DNA of 64,000 nucleotides from Chloroflexota bacterium (GCA_040753815.1 JBFMDU010000014.1:36527-100526); one strand, 5' to 3'. Shown: positions 55,594 to 64,000, counted from the stretch's first letter. The notes: generated by a model from the letters alone, not told the origin. Numbers and translations: made by a program.

Positions 55594-56772
55594 CTAGATC
55601 AGGCCGGTTTGTTTCCCCACCGACCTAAAAACATCAATTACGTAGTCAAGCTGCTCATCAGTATGAGTTGCCATAAAGCTGGTGCGCAGGAGTTCACGTC
55701 CTTCCGGAACAGCCGGGGAAAGAGCGACATTAACAAACACACCTTTGTCAAATAGCAGTTTCCACGTCATGATGGCCCGGTAGACATCGCCGACGACGAT
55801 TGGGACTATCGGAGTAGTTGATTTTCCGATGTTGAAGCCGAGCCTCTGAAACTCCTGGCGCATCCGAGCAGCGATGTTGTTGACCCTGGCAACCCTATCC
55901 GGCTCTTCTCGCATCAAACGCAAAGCGGCCAGGGCTGCTGCGGCGCTGGCCGGCGGGATACTTGCACTGAATATTAGAGCCCGGGCATGGTGCTTGACAT
56001 AATGCATGACAACCTCATCGCCGGCAACAAAGCCGCCAATAGAGGCTAGCGACTTGCTGAATGTACCCATTATCAAGTCAACTTCACTGGTGAGCCCGAA
56101 CTGAGCCGCCGTACCTTTGCCGCTACCCAACACCCCCAGCGCATGAGCATCATCAACCATCAGCCTTCCTCCATGCTTGTGGCACAGTCTTACTATATCT
56201 GGTAGAAGCGCAATGTCACCCTCCATGCTGAATACCCCGTCGACAACGACCAGCTTACCTTTGTCAGCTGGTGTCCCAGCCAGCACTTGCTCTAGGTCAG
56301 CCATATCGTTATGCTGGAACCGTCTTGTCTCCCCCCAGCTCAGCCTGGCGCCATCAACAATGCTGGCGTGATCGTCTTTATCCAGAATAACGATGTCGCC
56401 GCGTCCGACCAGCGCACTGATAGTACCCAAGTTAGTCTGCATGCCGGTCGAGAAGACCAGAGCCGCCGGCTTCCCTACCCAGTCAGCCAGTTCTTTTTCA
56501 AGTTGCTCATGTAATTCCAGAGTGCCGTTAAGGAAGCGTGAGCCAGTACAACTGGTGCCGAACCTATCGATTGCCTCATGAGCTGCCTGCACTACTCTCG
56601 GGTGTTTGGTAAGACCCAGGTAGTTGTTTGAGCCACACATGATCAATCGGTGTCCCTTATACTCTGCTATAGCGCCGTCGTTTTCTGTTAAGGGGATAAA
56701 AAATGGGTAGAAGCCGGCATCCATAGCCTCCCTGGCAGCGGTGAACTGAGGGCACTTCTCAAATATGTCCAT
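55594..56772 (-). CDS. spt: Alpha-oxoamine synthase, serine palmitoyltransferase-like
   Basis: PLP-lysine motif GTFSKSLASIGGF, with GSRFLNGT, VFSTGMQTNLG, DKDDHASIVDG and a C-terminal VNVALSPAVPEGRELLR. From memory the string-by-string match is closest to Sphingomonas SPT. It is followed 3 nt later by a KDSR-like SDR. BioF, KBL and CapB remain alternatives. Confidence 0.65.
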   Translation of the reverse strand: MDIFEKCPQFTAAREAMDAGFYPFFIPLTENDGAIAEYKGHRLIMCGSNNYLGLTKHPRVVQAAHEAIDRFGTSCTGSRFLNGTLELHEQLEKELADWVGKPAALVFSTGMQTNLGTISALVGRGDIVILDKDDHASIVDGARLSWGETRRFQHNDMADLEQVLAGTPADKGKLVVVDGVFSMEGDIALLPDIVRLCHKHGGRLMVDDAHALGVLGSGKGTAAQFGLTSEVDLIMGTFSKSLASIGGFVAGDEVVMHYVKHHARALIFSASIPPASAAAALAALRLMREEPDRVARVNNIAARMRQEFQRLGFNIGKSTTPIVPIVVGDVYRAIMTWKLLFDKGVFVNVALSPAVPEGRELLRTSFMATHTDEQLDYVIDVFRSVGKQTGLI

Positions 56773-56775
56773 AGC

Positions 56776-57609
56776 CTACCTCTCTTGTTCGTTTTCCGCT
56801 TTCTTGTGAGCTCTCGCCACCAAGCGGTCCAGCAAGCTGTATGTTGCAGGCCCCGCCAGACTTGTCATCCAAAAGAGTAGCTTGCCTTCCATCCCAGGAA
56901 TGATGAGATATTGCCTTCGGGCAATGCCCCTCATAATTGCCTCAGCCACCTTTGCAGGGGTCATCACCTTTGTGCTATCGAGATGCTTGACAACCGCTGG
57001 CTTCAACTGGCTCTCACGTTGTAATTGTGGAGTATCAGTGTTCTGTGGGAAAACAATTGATACGTTGATCCCCGTAGGCTTTAACTCGGCTCTTAGAGAA
57101 TCCGAAAAACCCCGTACGGCGAATTTTGATGCGCAGTATGCTGAATAGCCGTAGCCGCCAATAAATCCGTAGACCGACGATACGTTTACAATGTGTCCTG
57201 AGCGGCGCTCCAGCATCGATGGCAAGCACGCAGAGACCATATTCACAGTACCAAAGTAGTTAATCTCCATAATCCGGCGAAACACTTCGGCACCCGTTGT
57301 CTGGAAAAATCCGACCTCAACATCACCAGCACTGTTAATCAAGATATCGGGTGCCTTACACCTTTTTATCATCTCGGTAACAGCGGCCTCGCACTGGTGT
57401 AGGTCGGTCACATCCGCAACGATCGTTCCGCAATACTGCTCCGGGCTTCGGCGTGCTGTTTCGACCTGTGCCAGCGCCGATTCTAACCGTTCCCGGTCAC
57501 GTGCCAGCAGGCAAACGTGGGCGCCCCGTCGTGAGAACAGCCTGGCTGTCTCCAGCCCGATGCCGCTTGAGCCGCCGGTAATAAGCGCCGCCTTACCGCA
57601 GAATTCCAT
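56776..57609 (-). CDS. SDR, 3-ketodihydrosphingosine reductase (KDSR)-like
   Basis: ITGGSSGIG cofactor loop, INYFGTV, catalytic YSAYCASKFAVRG, then LKPTGINVSIVFPQNTDTPQ. From memory this parallels the human KDSR string [20 protein letters not shown]. Confidence 0.6.
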   Translation of the reverse strand: MEFCGKAALITGGSSGIGLETARLFSRRGAHVCLLARDRERLESALAQVETARRSPEQYCGTIVADVTDLHQCEAAVTEMIKRCKAPDILINSAGDVEVGFFQTTGAEVFRRIMEINYFGTVNMVSACLPSMLERRSGHIVNVSSVYGFIGGYGYSAYCASKFAVRGFSDSLRAELKPTGINVSIVFPQNTDTPQLQRESQLKPAVVKHLDSTKVMTPAKVAEAIMRGIARRQYLIIPGMEGKLLFWMTSLAGPATYSLLDRLVARAHKKAENEQER

Positions 57610-57611
57610 AT

Positions 57612-58778
57612 CTATGCCAGCGCCATGTCATAGATGCGCCAGGTCTTGGTGTGCCGCATTCCGATAGTCTCCAGTGCTTTAATAGTCCGCCAGTTATCTT
57701 CAAGATGCATTGACCCTTCAATAAATTTGTAATTGCGGCTGGCCAGATACTCAAGAACCTCGGCTCCCAAAAGCATGTCTGCCCCCAACCCGCGGAATCG
57801 CTCCCTAACACCAAAGAAGAACCAGCGCAGGCGTCCTATCCGCTGCCGACCAACCAGCAGTCTTATTATACGTATGGCATCCGTATCGCCATACCACTGC
57901 CAGATTGGTCTTAGACACCAGTTCGGGTCTGGAAGAATACCCAGCATTGCCGCGGCCTCTCCCTTCACGAAGGCCAGCCGCGCCAGACCAGGGTCTCCAA
58001 AAACACGCAGGTAACTGGCTAGCCCCTCCGCCTCGTTGGGCGAGACCGGTAAGAAACCCCAGTTCTGTGCCCAGGCATCATTATAGATTTCCATCATCAG
58101 TCGAACGTCAGCATTCAGGCTTTGCTGAGTGACACAACGTGTTTTGAATCTGGCGCGCTGTCTTATTTTCGCGGCTAACTGCCGCACCCGGGCCAACATG
58201 CCAGGAGAGAGGTCCATAGCGTGAGCCAGATAGTCCTTGGCCTTAACGAATCCGTAGCGTTCCAGAAACCCCTGGTAGTATGGGAAGTTGTAGACGGTAT
58301 CAAAACAGTTTGGGTAATTGAAACCCTCTACAAGCACCCCCTGTCTCTCGTGTGTGGCGCATGAGTACTCACCCGGCCCTCTTATTACTGTCATGCCACG
58401 TTTTTTAATCCAGTCATATGCGTGATCAAGTAACACTCGTGCGACCTCGTAGTCGTTCACTACGTCAAAGAAACCGAAAAACCCAAAACGGTCTTTGTGG
58501 TATTCATTGAACCGATGGTTAATCGCCGCGCTGGTTCTCCCAACGGGCCGGTCGTCTCGCCAAGCAAGGAAATGCGTGACCTCAGCCTCGCGGTGATATG
58601 GATGACGCGGTGTCAGCAGACCGGGCATCTTCAATAACCGATTACCTAGCAATTCCGCTGTGAGCGGGGGTGTCCAATAAGGATTACCATGATAAAGTTG
58701 CCACGGGAAACGTACGAACCACCGCAACCTTTGGTGTCCTAGAGGTAGCTCTTCTACTCGAATAGAGTTGGACGGCAT
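57612..58778 (-). CDS. GNAT-fold N-acyltransferase-like protein (388 aa)
   Basis: GNAT motif-A-like VRERFRGLGADMLL near the C-terminus. The N-region NPYWTPPL...FLAWRDDRPVGRTSAAINHRFNEYH...FGFFGFFD is typical of a widespread uncharacterised acyltransferase family. It ends 2 nt before the SDR gene. Confidence 0.5.
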   Translation of the reverse strand: MPSNSIRVEELPLGHQRLRWFVRFPWQLYHGNPYWTPPLTAELLGNRLLKMPGLLTPRHPYHREAEVTHFLAWRDDRPVGRTSAAINHRFNEYHKDRFGFFGFFDVVNDYEVARVLLDHAYDWIKKRGMTVIRGPGEYSCATHERQGVLVEGFNYPNCFDTVYNFPYYQGFLERYGFVKAKDYLAHAMDLSPGMLARVRQLAAKIRQRARFKTRCVTQQSLNADVRLMMEIYNDAWAQNWGFLPVSPNEAEGLASYLRVFGDPGLARLAFVKGEAAAMLGILPDPNWCLRPIWQWYGDTDAIRIIRLLVGRQRIGRLRWFFFGVRERFRGLGADMLLGAEVLEYLASRNYKFIEGSMHLEDNWRTIKALETIGMRHTKTWRIYDMALA

Positions 58779-58863
58779 GGTTAATTTGTCTCTTTACCGC
58801 AAGTAAGGGGGATAAAGTGTCCCCATAATACCACAGATACAACCGGTCTCGTCTGCCAGCCCG

Positions 58864-58872
58864 TGCTATACT
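58864..58872 (+). promoter_or_regulatory. Extended -10 box TGCTATACT, 10 nt upstream of the GT2 ATG (possible leaderless mRNA)
   Basis: Seen directly. There is no SD sequence between the box and ATG 58883. Confidence 0.4.
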
Positions 58873-58882
58873 TTAGATAGCC

Positions 58883-59707
58883 ATGGCCTCCTCAGCTCTA
58901 CGTTTATCACCTCCCTTCATTACAGTAGTTGTTCCGGCTCTTAACGAAGAGCTTGCACTGGGGCATTGCCTTGAATCATTGATCGCTCAGGAATGTGCCT
59001 TTACCTACGAGATAATCGTTGTCGACAATGGTAGTGTCGACTGCACTGCCGAGGTGGCACACCGTTACGGCGCCAGAGTAGTATACGAAAAGCGCCGGGG
59101 GGTTGGCTGGGCCAGAGCAAGCGGTTTTGCCAACGCAAGAGGTACAATTATCGCAAGCACCGATGCGGATACAGTTGTACCTCGAGACTGGCTTGCCCGG
59201 TTTGCACAGATATTCCAAAAACACTTGGAGGTAGTCGGGGTTGGAGGCCGGTTTATCTACGTAGACGGACCGGTCGGAGTCCGCTTGCTAGGGCGCTTGG
59301 CCAACTATATGACACCACTGATCGTCCGCATGGCCCCTTGGTTCTGGAGTTTTTCTGGTTTCAATTTTGCCGTTCGTCGTGAAGCCTACCTTGCTTCAGG
59401 CGGTTTCCGTAATGACCTGATGTATGGCGAAGATTGGGACTTGGGGAAAAGATTGTGCCGGCTGGGACGCGTAGTAGTCGACAGTGGGTCATGGGTAAAA
59501 ACATCCGGGAAGGCAAGTGAGCGGGACACTCTCTGCATACGTCGAGTCATCAACTACTTTAGCTTGGTTTTTTGGGGACACACGTATCTGCGTCCTATAA
59601 TGCGAAAATCCGGTTTATTTGGTGAAGATGACGCCGATACTCGCAACCATGCAGCCATAAACAGACCGAGTAACACCCGTAACAAAGGCAAAGCCAAACT
59701 CCTGTAA
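58883..59707 (+). CDS. Glycosyltransferase family 2
   Basis: ITVVVPALNEE, IVVDNGSVDCT, STDADT (DxD). It is divergent from the spt-like operon. Confidence 0.75.
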   Translation: MASSALRLSPPFITVVVPALNEELALGHCLESLIAQECAFTYEIIVVDNGSVDCTAEVAHRYGARVVYEKRRGVGWARASGFANARGTIIASTDADTVVPRDWLARFAQIFQKHLEVVGVGGRFIYVDGPVGVRLLGRLANYMTPLIVRMAPWFWSFSGFNFAVRREAYLASGGFRNDLMYGEDWDLGKRLCRLGRVVVDSGSWVKTSGKASERDTLCIRRVINYFSLVFWGHTYLRPIMRKSGLFGEDDADTRNHAAINRPSNTRNKGKAKLL

Positions 59708-59718
59708 CCGTCAACAAA

Positions 59719-59775
59719 ATTATCAACGAAAAGGGAACGTGGCTAACGTGTGCACCCCGTTGACAGGCAACTATA
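59719..59775 (+). repeat. Upstream element copy 1 (ATTATCAACGAAAAGGGAACG..GCTAAC..TTGACAGGCAAC)
   Basis: Aligns by eye at roughly three-quarters identity with 60535-60590. It contains TTGACA at 59760-59765. Confidence 0.6.
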
Positions 59776-59844
59776 TATATGGGATTTTTATACTAACCTG
59801 ACATAGCATCCTAATTTCAGAAAATGATCCAGGGAGGTAGAGGT

Positions 59845-60324
59845 ATGTTCTGGTCTAAAAAGGTCGTCATCATGTTCGCTAGTCTCTCATTAATACTAAG
59901 CATTTTACTTCTAGCGGCGTGCGCAGCGCCAGCGGCGGCTCCGGCGTCAGCTCCAACCCCAGCCCCGAAACCCACACCAGCGACAGCTCCCGCTCCGACT
60001 TCAACCACAGCCGCTACCGGTGAACTTAAGTTTGAGTTTGTCTCCGTTACACCTAAGGTTAAGAAGGGTGGCGAAATCGTTGTCATCGGTAAGACCAGCC
60101 CGGGTGCTGAGTGTACCATTGTTATGACCTTCGCCAACGGGCAGGTATCCAAGCTCGTTTTCCCAGAGCCCATGGATAAACAGGTGGCTGATGCTGATGG
60201 CAAGGTGGAGTGGAGGAGTGTTGTTCCGCGAGTGATCATCGGCACGACCAAGCTCGATGTCACTGCCGTAAAGGACGGGAAGAAGGCAACTGCGTCCACG
60301 ACCTACGAGATTATTGAGAGTTAG
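59845..60324 (+). CDS. Small lipoprotein: signal peptide, Ala/Pro linker, beta-rich domain homologous to the C-terminus of the 38621 TAXI protein
   Basis: MFWSKKVVIMFASLSLILSILLLAAC lipobox. The domain alignment shares FVSVT, KT-PGA-C, VADADG-V-W and T-YEI. GGGAGG RBS before ATG 59845; the track start is 59824. Confidence 0.7.
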   Translation: MFWSKKVVIMFASLSLILSILLLAACAAPAAAPASAPTPAPKPTPATAPAPTSTTAATGELKFEFVSVTPKVKKGGEIVVIGKTSPGAECTIVMTFANGQVSKLVFPEPMDKQVADADGKVEWRSVVPRVIIGTTKLDVTAVKDGKKATASTTYEIIES

Positions 60325-60534
60325 ACCAATTAGGCCGGGCAGGCTGGCAAGCTAATTATCGTCTGCAATAGGTGGGGAAAACCTGGGGATGCGGCGGGCA
60401 CAATATCCGCATGCCGTGATGGTGAGCGCATATTCCGCCCCCTGACATTACGGCTCATAGTAAGTCAAGGGGGAGATACTATGTTCCGCAACTTACCTCC
60501 ATTCGTCAGGTGTTGCCTGCCGTGGCCAGCAGGA

Positions 60535-60590
60535 AATTAATCAACGAAAACGGAACGCTAACAACGTCTGCGCCTTTTGACAGGCAATAG
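60535..60590 (+). repeat. Upstream element copy 2 (AATTAATCAACGAAAACGGAACGCTAAC..TTGACAGGCAAT)
   Basis: See copy 1. TTGACA at 60577-60582, 181 nt upstream of the second TAXI gene. Confidence 0.6.
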
Positions 60591-60757
60591 TAATTGTGAG
60601 ACTGTAAGTCTTGGAGACACCAAGATGGCTTCAAATCAATGGCAGATACCGTAACATGAATTTCGCAGGTGATTAATCTAGCTGGCAGTCTAATTAGATG
60701 TTGAAGGGTGTCCATCGACTTCGTCGGTGAGGGATATCTTATGGAGGTGAGTGCTCG

Positions 60758-62005
60758 ATGAAATGCGACCCTAGTAGGTTAATCAGGCTTGTTGTTTTGC
60801 TCGCTGTGGCAGGTGCCATAGTTTTTGCCGGTTGTGCCGCGGGAAAGGCTTCGCCTTCAGCGACAGGCGGGTGGCAGTGGCCGGAGACACTTCATATGAC
60901 TGGGACCGGCACCTCAGGAGTGGCTAAAGGTGTTAGCTGGGCGTCTCTAATGGAAGTGGACACCGGTATGAAAATCAGGGTGGTCCAAGAAGCCAGTCCA
61001 ATCAAGGAGTTGCTCTTTGTGAAGGATGGCCAGATGTTTGCCGCCTCTATCTCCTATACTGCCATGACGGACCTGCTTGATGGGAGGGAAGGGTATGCCA
61101 GTGCTCAGCTCGGCCCGTTCCCGGTGAGGGCGCTATGGGTTCATGATCTTTCCAACGCGGGGTTCTTTGTCAGGGGGGACTCATCAATCAAGACGATCTA
61201 TGACATACGTCCCGGCACCAGGTTTGCCGTCTGGGATCTGAGGTGGTCGACACTGCGCTGGTGCAGGGCATTCCTTAAGTGGGTCCAGCTTGATGAAAAA
61301 GACATCGTCTGGTTCGATGCTGGAACCACCAATGCCGCGGTGCGCGCCGTGATGGACGGGAGGGCCGATATCATGTTTTTCTTCCCAATAGCCCCGCAGA
61401 TGTATGAAGCCGCGGCGGCGCCTCACGGCATAAGGTTCCTTGACCTTAATTCGGACAAGGACCCCGAAGGGGCAAAAAGGATGATGGCCGACTTTCCCGG
61501 CACCACCACTGTCTTCGGCCCCATAACCTCGGGTCCTGAGGGGGCTGTGGGTCACTGGGGTACGGTAACCTACAAACTAATGTATACCCGGGAGGCCTCC
61601 GACCCGGAACTGGTATACCACTTTGTCAAGTGGCTGGATGAAAACTACGCCAAGTACAAGGACACCTACGACACCAACCGGTATATGAGTATTGACCATG
61701 TCAGACAAGCTATGGAAGGCACTTTCATCCCGGTTCATGAGGGCCTTATAAGGTACCTCAAGGAAAAGGGACTCTGGACTGAGGCTCTTGAAAGCCGGAA
61801 CCAGGCCAACCTGGCCGCGCTCAACACACGAGTCGAAGCTTATAAAGGCGCTTTAGCAGAGGCCGGGAAAAAGGGTATAACCGTTGACCCTAACAACGAG
61901 GCCTGGCTGGACTTCTGGGAAAAATATAAGGAAGAACATAAGGTATCTCCAGTTGCCCCAATACCTACACCAACACCGACCCCAACAGCAGCTTCTACAC
62001 GGTGA
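60758..62005 (+). CDS. TAXI-family TRAP solute receptor lipoprotein (paralogue, no C-terminal extra domain)
   Basis: Lipobox FAGC. It is colinear by eye with the 38621 protein (W-WP...H..G.G.SG, FVVRGDS-IKT..DI.PG, AVRAV-DGRAD) and ends in a Pro/Thr linker PIPTPTPTPTAASTR. Confidence 0.7.
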   Translation: MKCDPSRLIRLVVLLAVAGAIVFAGCAAGKASPSATGGWQWPETLHMTGTGTSGVAKGVSWASLMEVDTGMKIRVVQEASPIKELLFVKDGQMFAASISYTAMTDLLDGREGYASAQLGPFPVRALWVHDLSNAGFFVRGDSSIKTIYDIRPGTRFAVWDLRWSTLRWCRAFLKWVQLDEKDIVWFDAGTTNAAVRAVMDGRADIMFFFPIAPQMYEAAAAPHGIRFLDLNSDKDPEGAKRMMADFPGTTTVFGPITSGPEGAVGHWGTVTYKLMYTREASDPELVYHFVKWLDENYAKYKDTYDTNRYMSIDHVRQAMEGTFIPVHEGLIRYLKEKGLWTEALESRNQANLAALNTRVEAYKGALAEAGKKGITVDPNNEAWLDFWEKYKEEHKVSPVAPIPTPTPTPTAASTR

Positions 62006-62133
62006 TTATCGGTCTTCCGGGTCCAGCGATCCAAGTGGTGACTCTCGCAAGACGGGCCGCTTACGGAGCCGTCGTCTACGACTATTCCAGTCAGGCCAGT
62101 CTAAATTATATGCCGGAATGAGAGCGGACTGTA

Positions 62134-62889
62134 ATGTCGGCGTCAGAGTTATCAGGTAAGGTATCCATGGTCACTGGTTCGGCTATGGGAATCGGTAGAG
62201 TGATTGCTCTCAAACTAGCGTCGCTCGGGTCCAGGGTCGCCATTAATGACCTGCCTGGCGGAGATGGAGGACAGAAAACCCGGATGGAAATTGAGGAACT
62301 GGGGGGCGAGGCTATGTTAGCCCTTGCTGATATTAGAGACGGCGCTGCCGTTAAGACGGCTGTCGAGAGCGTCGTCGATAGATGGGGTCGGATAGATATT
62401 CTGATTAACAACGCCGCTATCGGAGGCGCGGGCAGACCAGTGGTGAACACAGCGGAAGAGGAGTGGGATTCTATTCTCAACACAAATCTGCGTGGTGCGT
62501 TCTTGTGTTCTAAATACTGCTTGCCTCATATGATAGATGCCGGCTGGGGACGCATCATAAATATTGCCTCAATAGCTGGAACAAGGGGAACTCCGGGTAA
62601 GGTAGGCTACTCGGCATCTAAGGGAGGGCTAATCGCTTTTACCCGCAGCCTGTCCCGTGAGGCCGGAGTGTACAACGTCACTGTGAATGCTATTGCGCCC
62701 GGCTTTATTGTGACCGAAAAGACACAGGGCCAGCTATCCAAAATACGAGATACTGTCCTGGCGCGGAACTCTCTGAAGAGACTGGGTACTCCGGAGGACG
62801 TCGCGGAGTTGACGGCTTTCCTCGTCGGCGTACGCGCCGGCTTTATCACTGGCCAGGTCATCTGTGTTGACGGAGGAGAGACCGCGTAG
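62134..62889 (+). CDS. SDR family oxidoreductase (FabG-like)
   Basis: TGSAMGIG, NNAA, catalytic YSASKGG, PGFIVT. 251 aa. Confidence 0.8.
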   Translation: MSASELSGKVSMVTGSAMGIGRVIALKLASLGSRVAINDLPGGDGGQKTRMEIEELGGEAMLALADIRDGAAVKTAVESVVDRWGRIDILINNAAIGGAGRPVVNTAEEEWDSILNTNLRGAFLCSKYCLPHMIDAGWGRIINIASIAGTRGTPGKVGYSASKGGLIAFTRSLSREAGVYNVTVNAIAPGFIVTEKTQGQLSKIRDTVLARNSLKRLGTPEDVAELTAFLVGVRAGFITGQVICVDGGETA

Positions 62890-62992
62890 GCGATAACGTC
62901 AAAGCAGTTACGAGGTCATCTGACTGCCAGTCGGGTGAGTTATCTTGGATGAAGCTGAAAAGGCCGGAGCTGTAGGAAGGATTAGGATATAG

Positions 62993-64000
62993 ATGAGCAG
63001 GTATCGGTTCATGCCATGGCCAGTAAAGATTGTCTTCATCGGCGGCACCATTGCCGCACTGATCCTCTACGTTTTTCACTGGTTTGGTATACCTGTTGCT
63101 GGAAATCTTTTAAGCGGGACTTTTTATGCTTTTCTCCTCTACGCCGTGCTCGGTTTTAATGTCTTCATGGGGCTAGGTGCGACTAAAGCCACCAAGATGA
63201 AAGCCCCGCCGTGGTACGACTACGTGTTATCTTTTATCCTCTGGGGAATCATAATTTTCATGCTTATCAATTCACAAGCAATATCTGCCAGGATGTGGGA
63301 GCCGCCTCCCACTACACTCCACCTGGTTCTCGCTGTGATCTTGGGGGGTCTGACACTAGAGGCTGGCAGAAGAGTAGCCGGCTGGGGTTTTGTTGCCCTG
63401 CTGGGTGTTTGCATAATTTACCCATTATTCGCTGATAAATTACCCGGGATGTTCTATGGCTACAGATTGAGTTTTGCCGATCTTATGGGTGACTTCGCCT
63501 ACGGCGCCAACGGCCTGCTGGGGCTACCGGCACAGATCATTGGAGAGGTGATTCTTCCCTTCTTTCTCTTTGCTGGTGTAGTAGGTGCTCTTGGGGGAGG
63601 TCCGTTCTTCTTGAAGTTAGCCAGTTGCATTGGTGGCCGATTTAGGGGGGGACCGGCTAAGGTCGCCGTGCTGGCCAGCGGATTCTTTGGCAGTCTGACC
63701 GGCAGTCCAATCGCTAATATCGCCGCAACCGGCTCCTTTACTATCCCGGCAATGAAGCGATTGGGGTATCCTCCACATTACGCCGGGGCGATTGAGGCTT
63801 GCGCCTCAAGCGGCAGTGATACGATGCCACCTGTATTAGGTGGCTCGATTTTTCTGATGATAGTAATTGCTGGCGTGACCTATGCTGATGTAGTTATTGC
63901 CGCTTTTCTGCCTACCGTACTTTATTATCTCGGTCTGATAGTACAGGTCGATGGCTACGCTTATAAGCACGGTTTAAAAGGGATGAACAAGGAATCAATT
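62993..64000 (+). CDS. TRAP transporter fused permease, N-terminal 336 codons (runs off the window end)
   Basis: Hand translation from ATG 62993: MSRYRFMPWPVKIVFIGG...GGPAKVAVLASGFFGSLTGSPIANIAATGSFTIPAMKRLGY. It is colinear with the 40436 permease, with the frame open to 64000. It is not in the ORF track. Confidence 0.8.
   Translation, partial: MSRYRFMPWPVKIVFIGGTIAALILYVFHWFGIPVAGNLLSGTFYAFLLYAVLGFNVFMGLGATKATKMKAPPWYDYVLSFILWGIIIFMLINSQAISARMWEPPPTTLHLVLAVILGGLTLEAGRRVAGWGFVALLGVCIIYPLFADKLPGMFYGYRLSFADLMGDFAYGANGLLGLPAQIIGEVILPFFLFAGVVGALGGGPFFLKLASCIGGRFRGGPAKVAVLASGFFGSLTGSPIANIAATGSFTIPAMKRLGYPPHYAGAIEACASSGSDTMPPVLGGSIFLMIVIAGVTYADVVIAAFLPTVLYYLGLIVQVDGYAYKHGLKGMNKESI

Noticed and set aside
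59920-60010. Tandem-repeat or CRISPR-like appearance of GC-rich repetitive DNA (also 1-60, 38740-38790, 39940-39975 and 61950-61990)
   Set aside because: These stretches are in-frame Ala/Pro/Thr linker codons of lipoproteins. They have no regular repeat-spacer periodicity.
61884-62159. 91-aa ORF overlapping the end of the second TAXI gene, as a possible frameshifted remnant of the lost C-terminal domain
   Set aside because: Its translation (Arg/Gln/Ser-rich) shows no similarity to the FVSVT...VADADG...YEI domain. The in-frame sequence after the TAXI stop also has none.

Overview
This 64-kb window is a moderately GC-rich bacterial chromosome segment, roughly 55-58% GC in the 60-nt lines I hand-counted. 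I support about 52 protein-coding genes and found no rRNA, tRNA, CRISPR array, integrase or transposase. The gene content suggests an anaerobic, probably monoderm, uncultured lineage: AmmeMemoRadiSam genes, a cytoplasmic RdhA/QueG-like Fe-S protein, HdrD/GlcD-type oxidoreductases, EtfB, U32 Fe-S proteins and lipobox-anchored solute receptors. Chloroflexota/Dehalococcoidia-like is my unverified guess. Housekeeping blocks are amrS plus a LigB/Memo-AMMECR1 fusion, rarA, plsY, valS, polX, secA, prs, glyA, hrcA-grpE-dnaK (with a CIRCE-like operator), coaE and two-subunit pyruvate carboxylase (pycB-pycA). The accessory part is a 16.3-25.8 kb island between valS and polX. It carries a tightly coupled res / AAA-ATPase / mod Type III-like restriction-modification operon, two uncharacterised small genes (one an AT-rich single-TM ORFan) and a plasmid/phage Rep-like wHTH gene preceded by a perfect 16-bp palindrome. 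The candidates I rank highest are: (1) a compact spt-like / KDSR-like reductase / GNAT-like acyltransferase operon with a divergent GT2, which looks like a ceramide-type lipid module; (2) a 614-aa fusion of a GCS2-like carboxylate-amine ligase domain with a gamma-glutamylcyclotransferase domain; (3) a translationally coupled pair of U32-family Cys-cluster proteins (UbiU/UbiV-like) downstream of a ferredoxin / HdrD-like / FAD-oxidase set and beside an orphan etfB; (4) the three-gene R-M operon; (5) two paralogous TAXI-TRAP transporter loci sharing a roughly 100-aa beta-rich domain (fused to one solute receptor, free-standing next to the other) and a duplicated roughly 55-nt upstream element. 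All functional calls come from motif recognition by eye. No database search was run.
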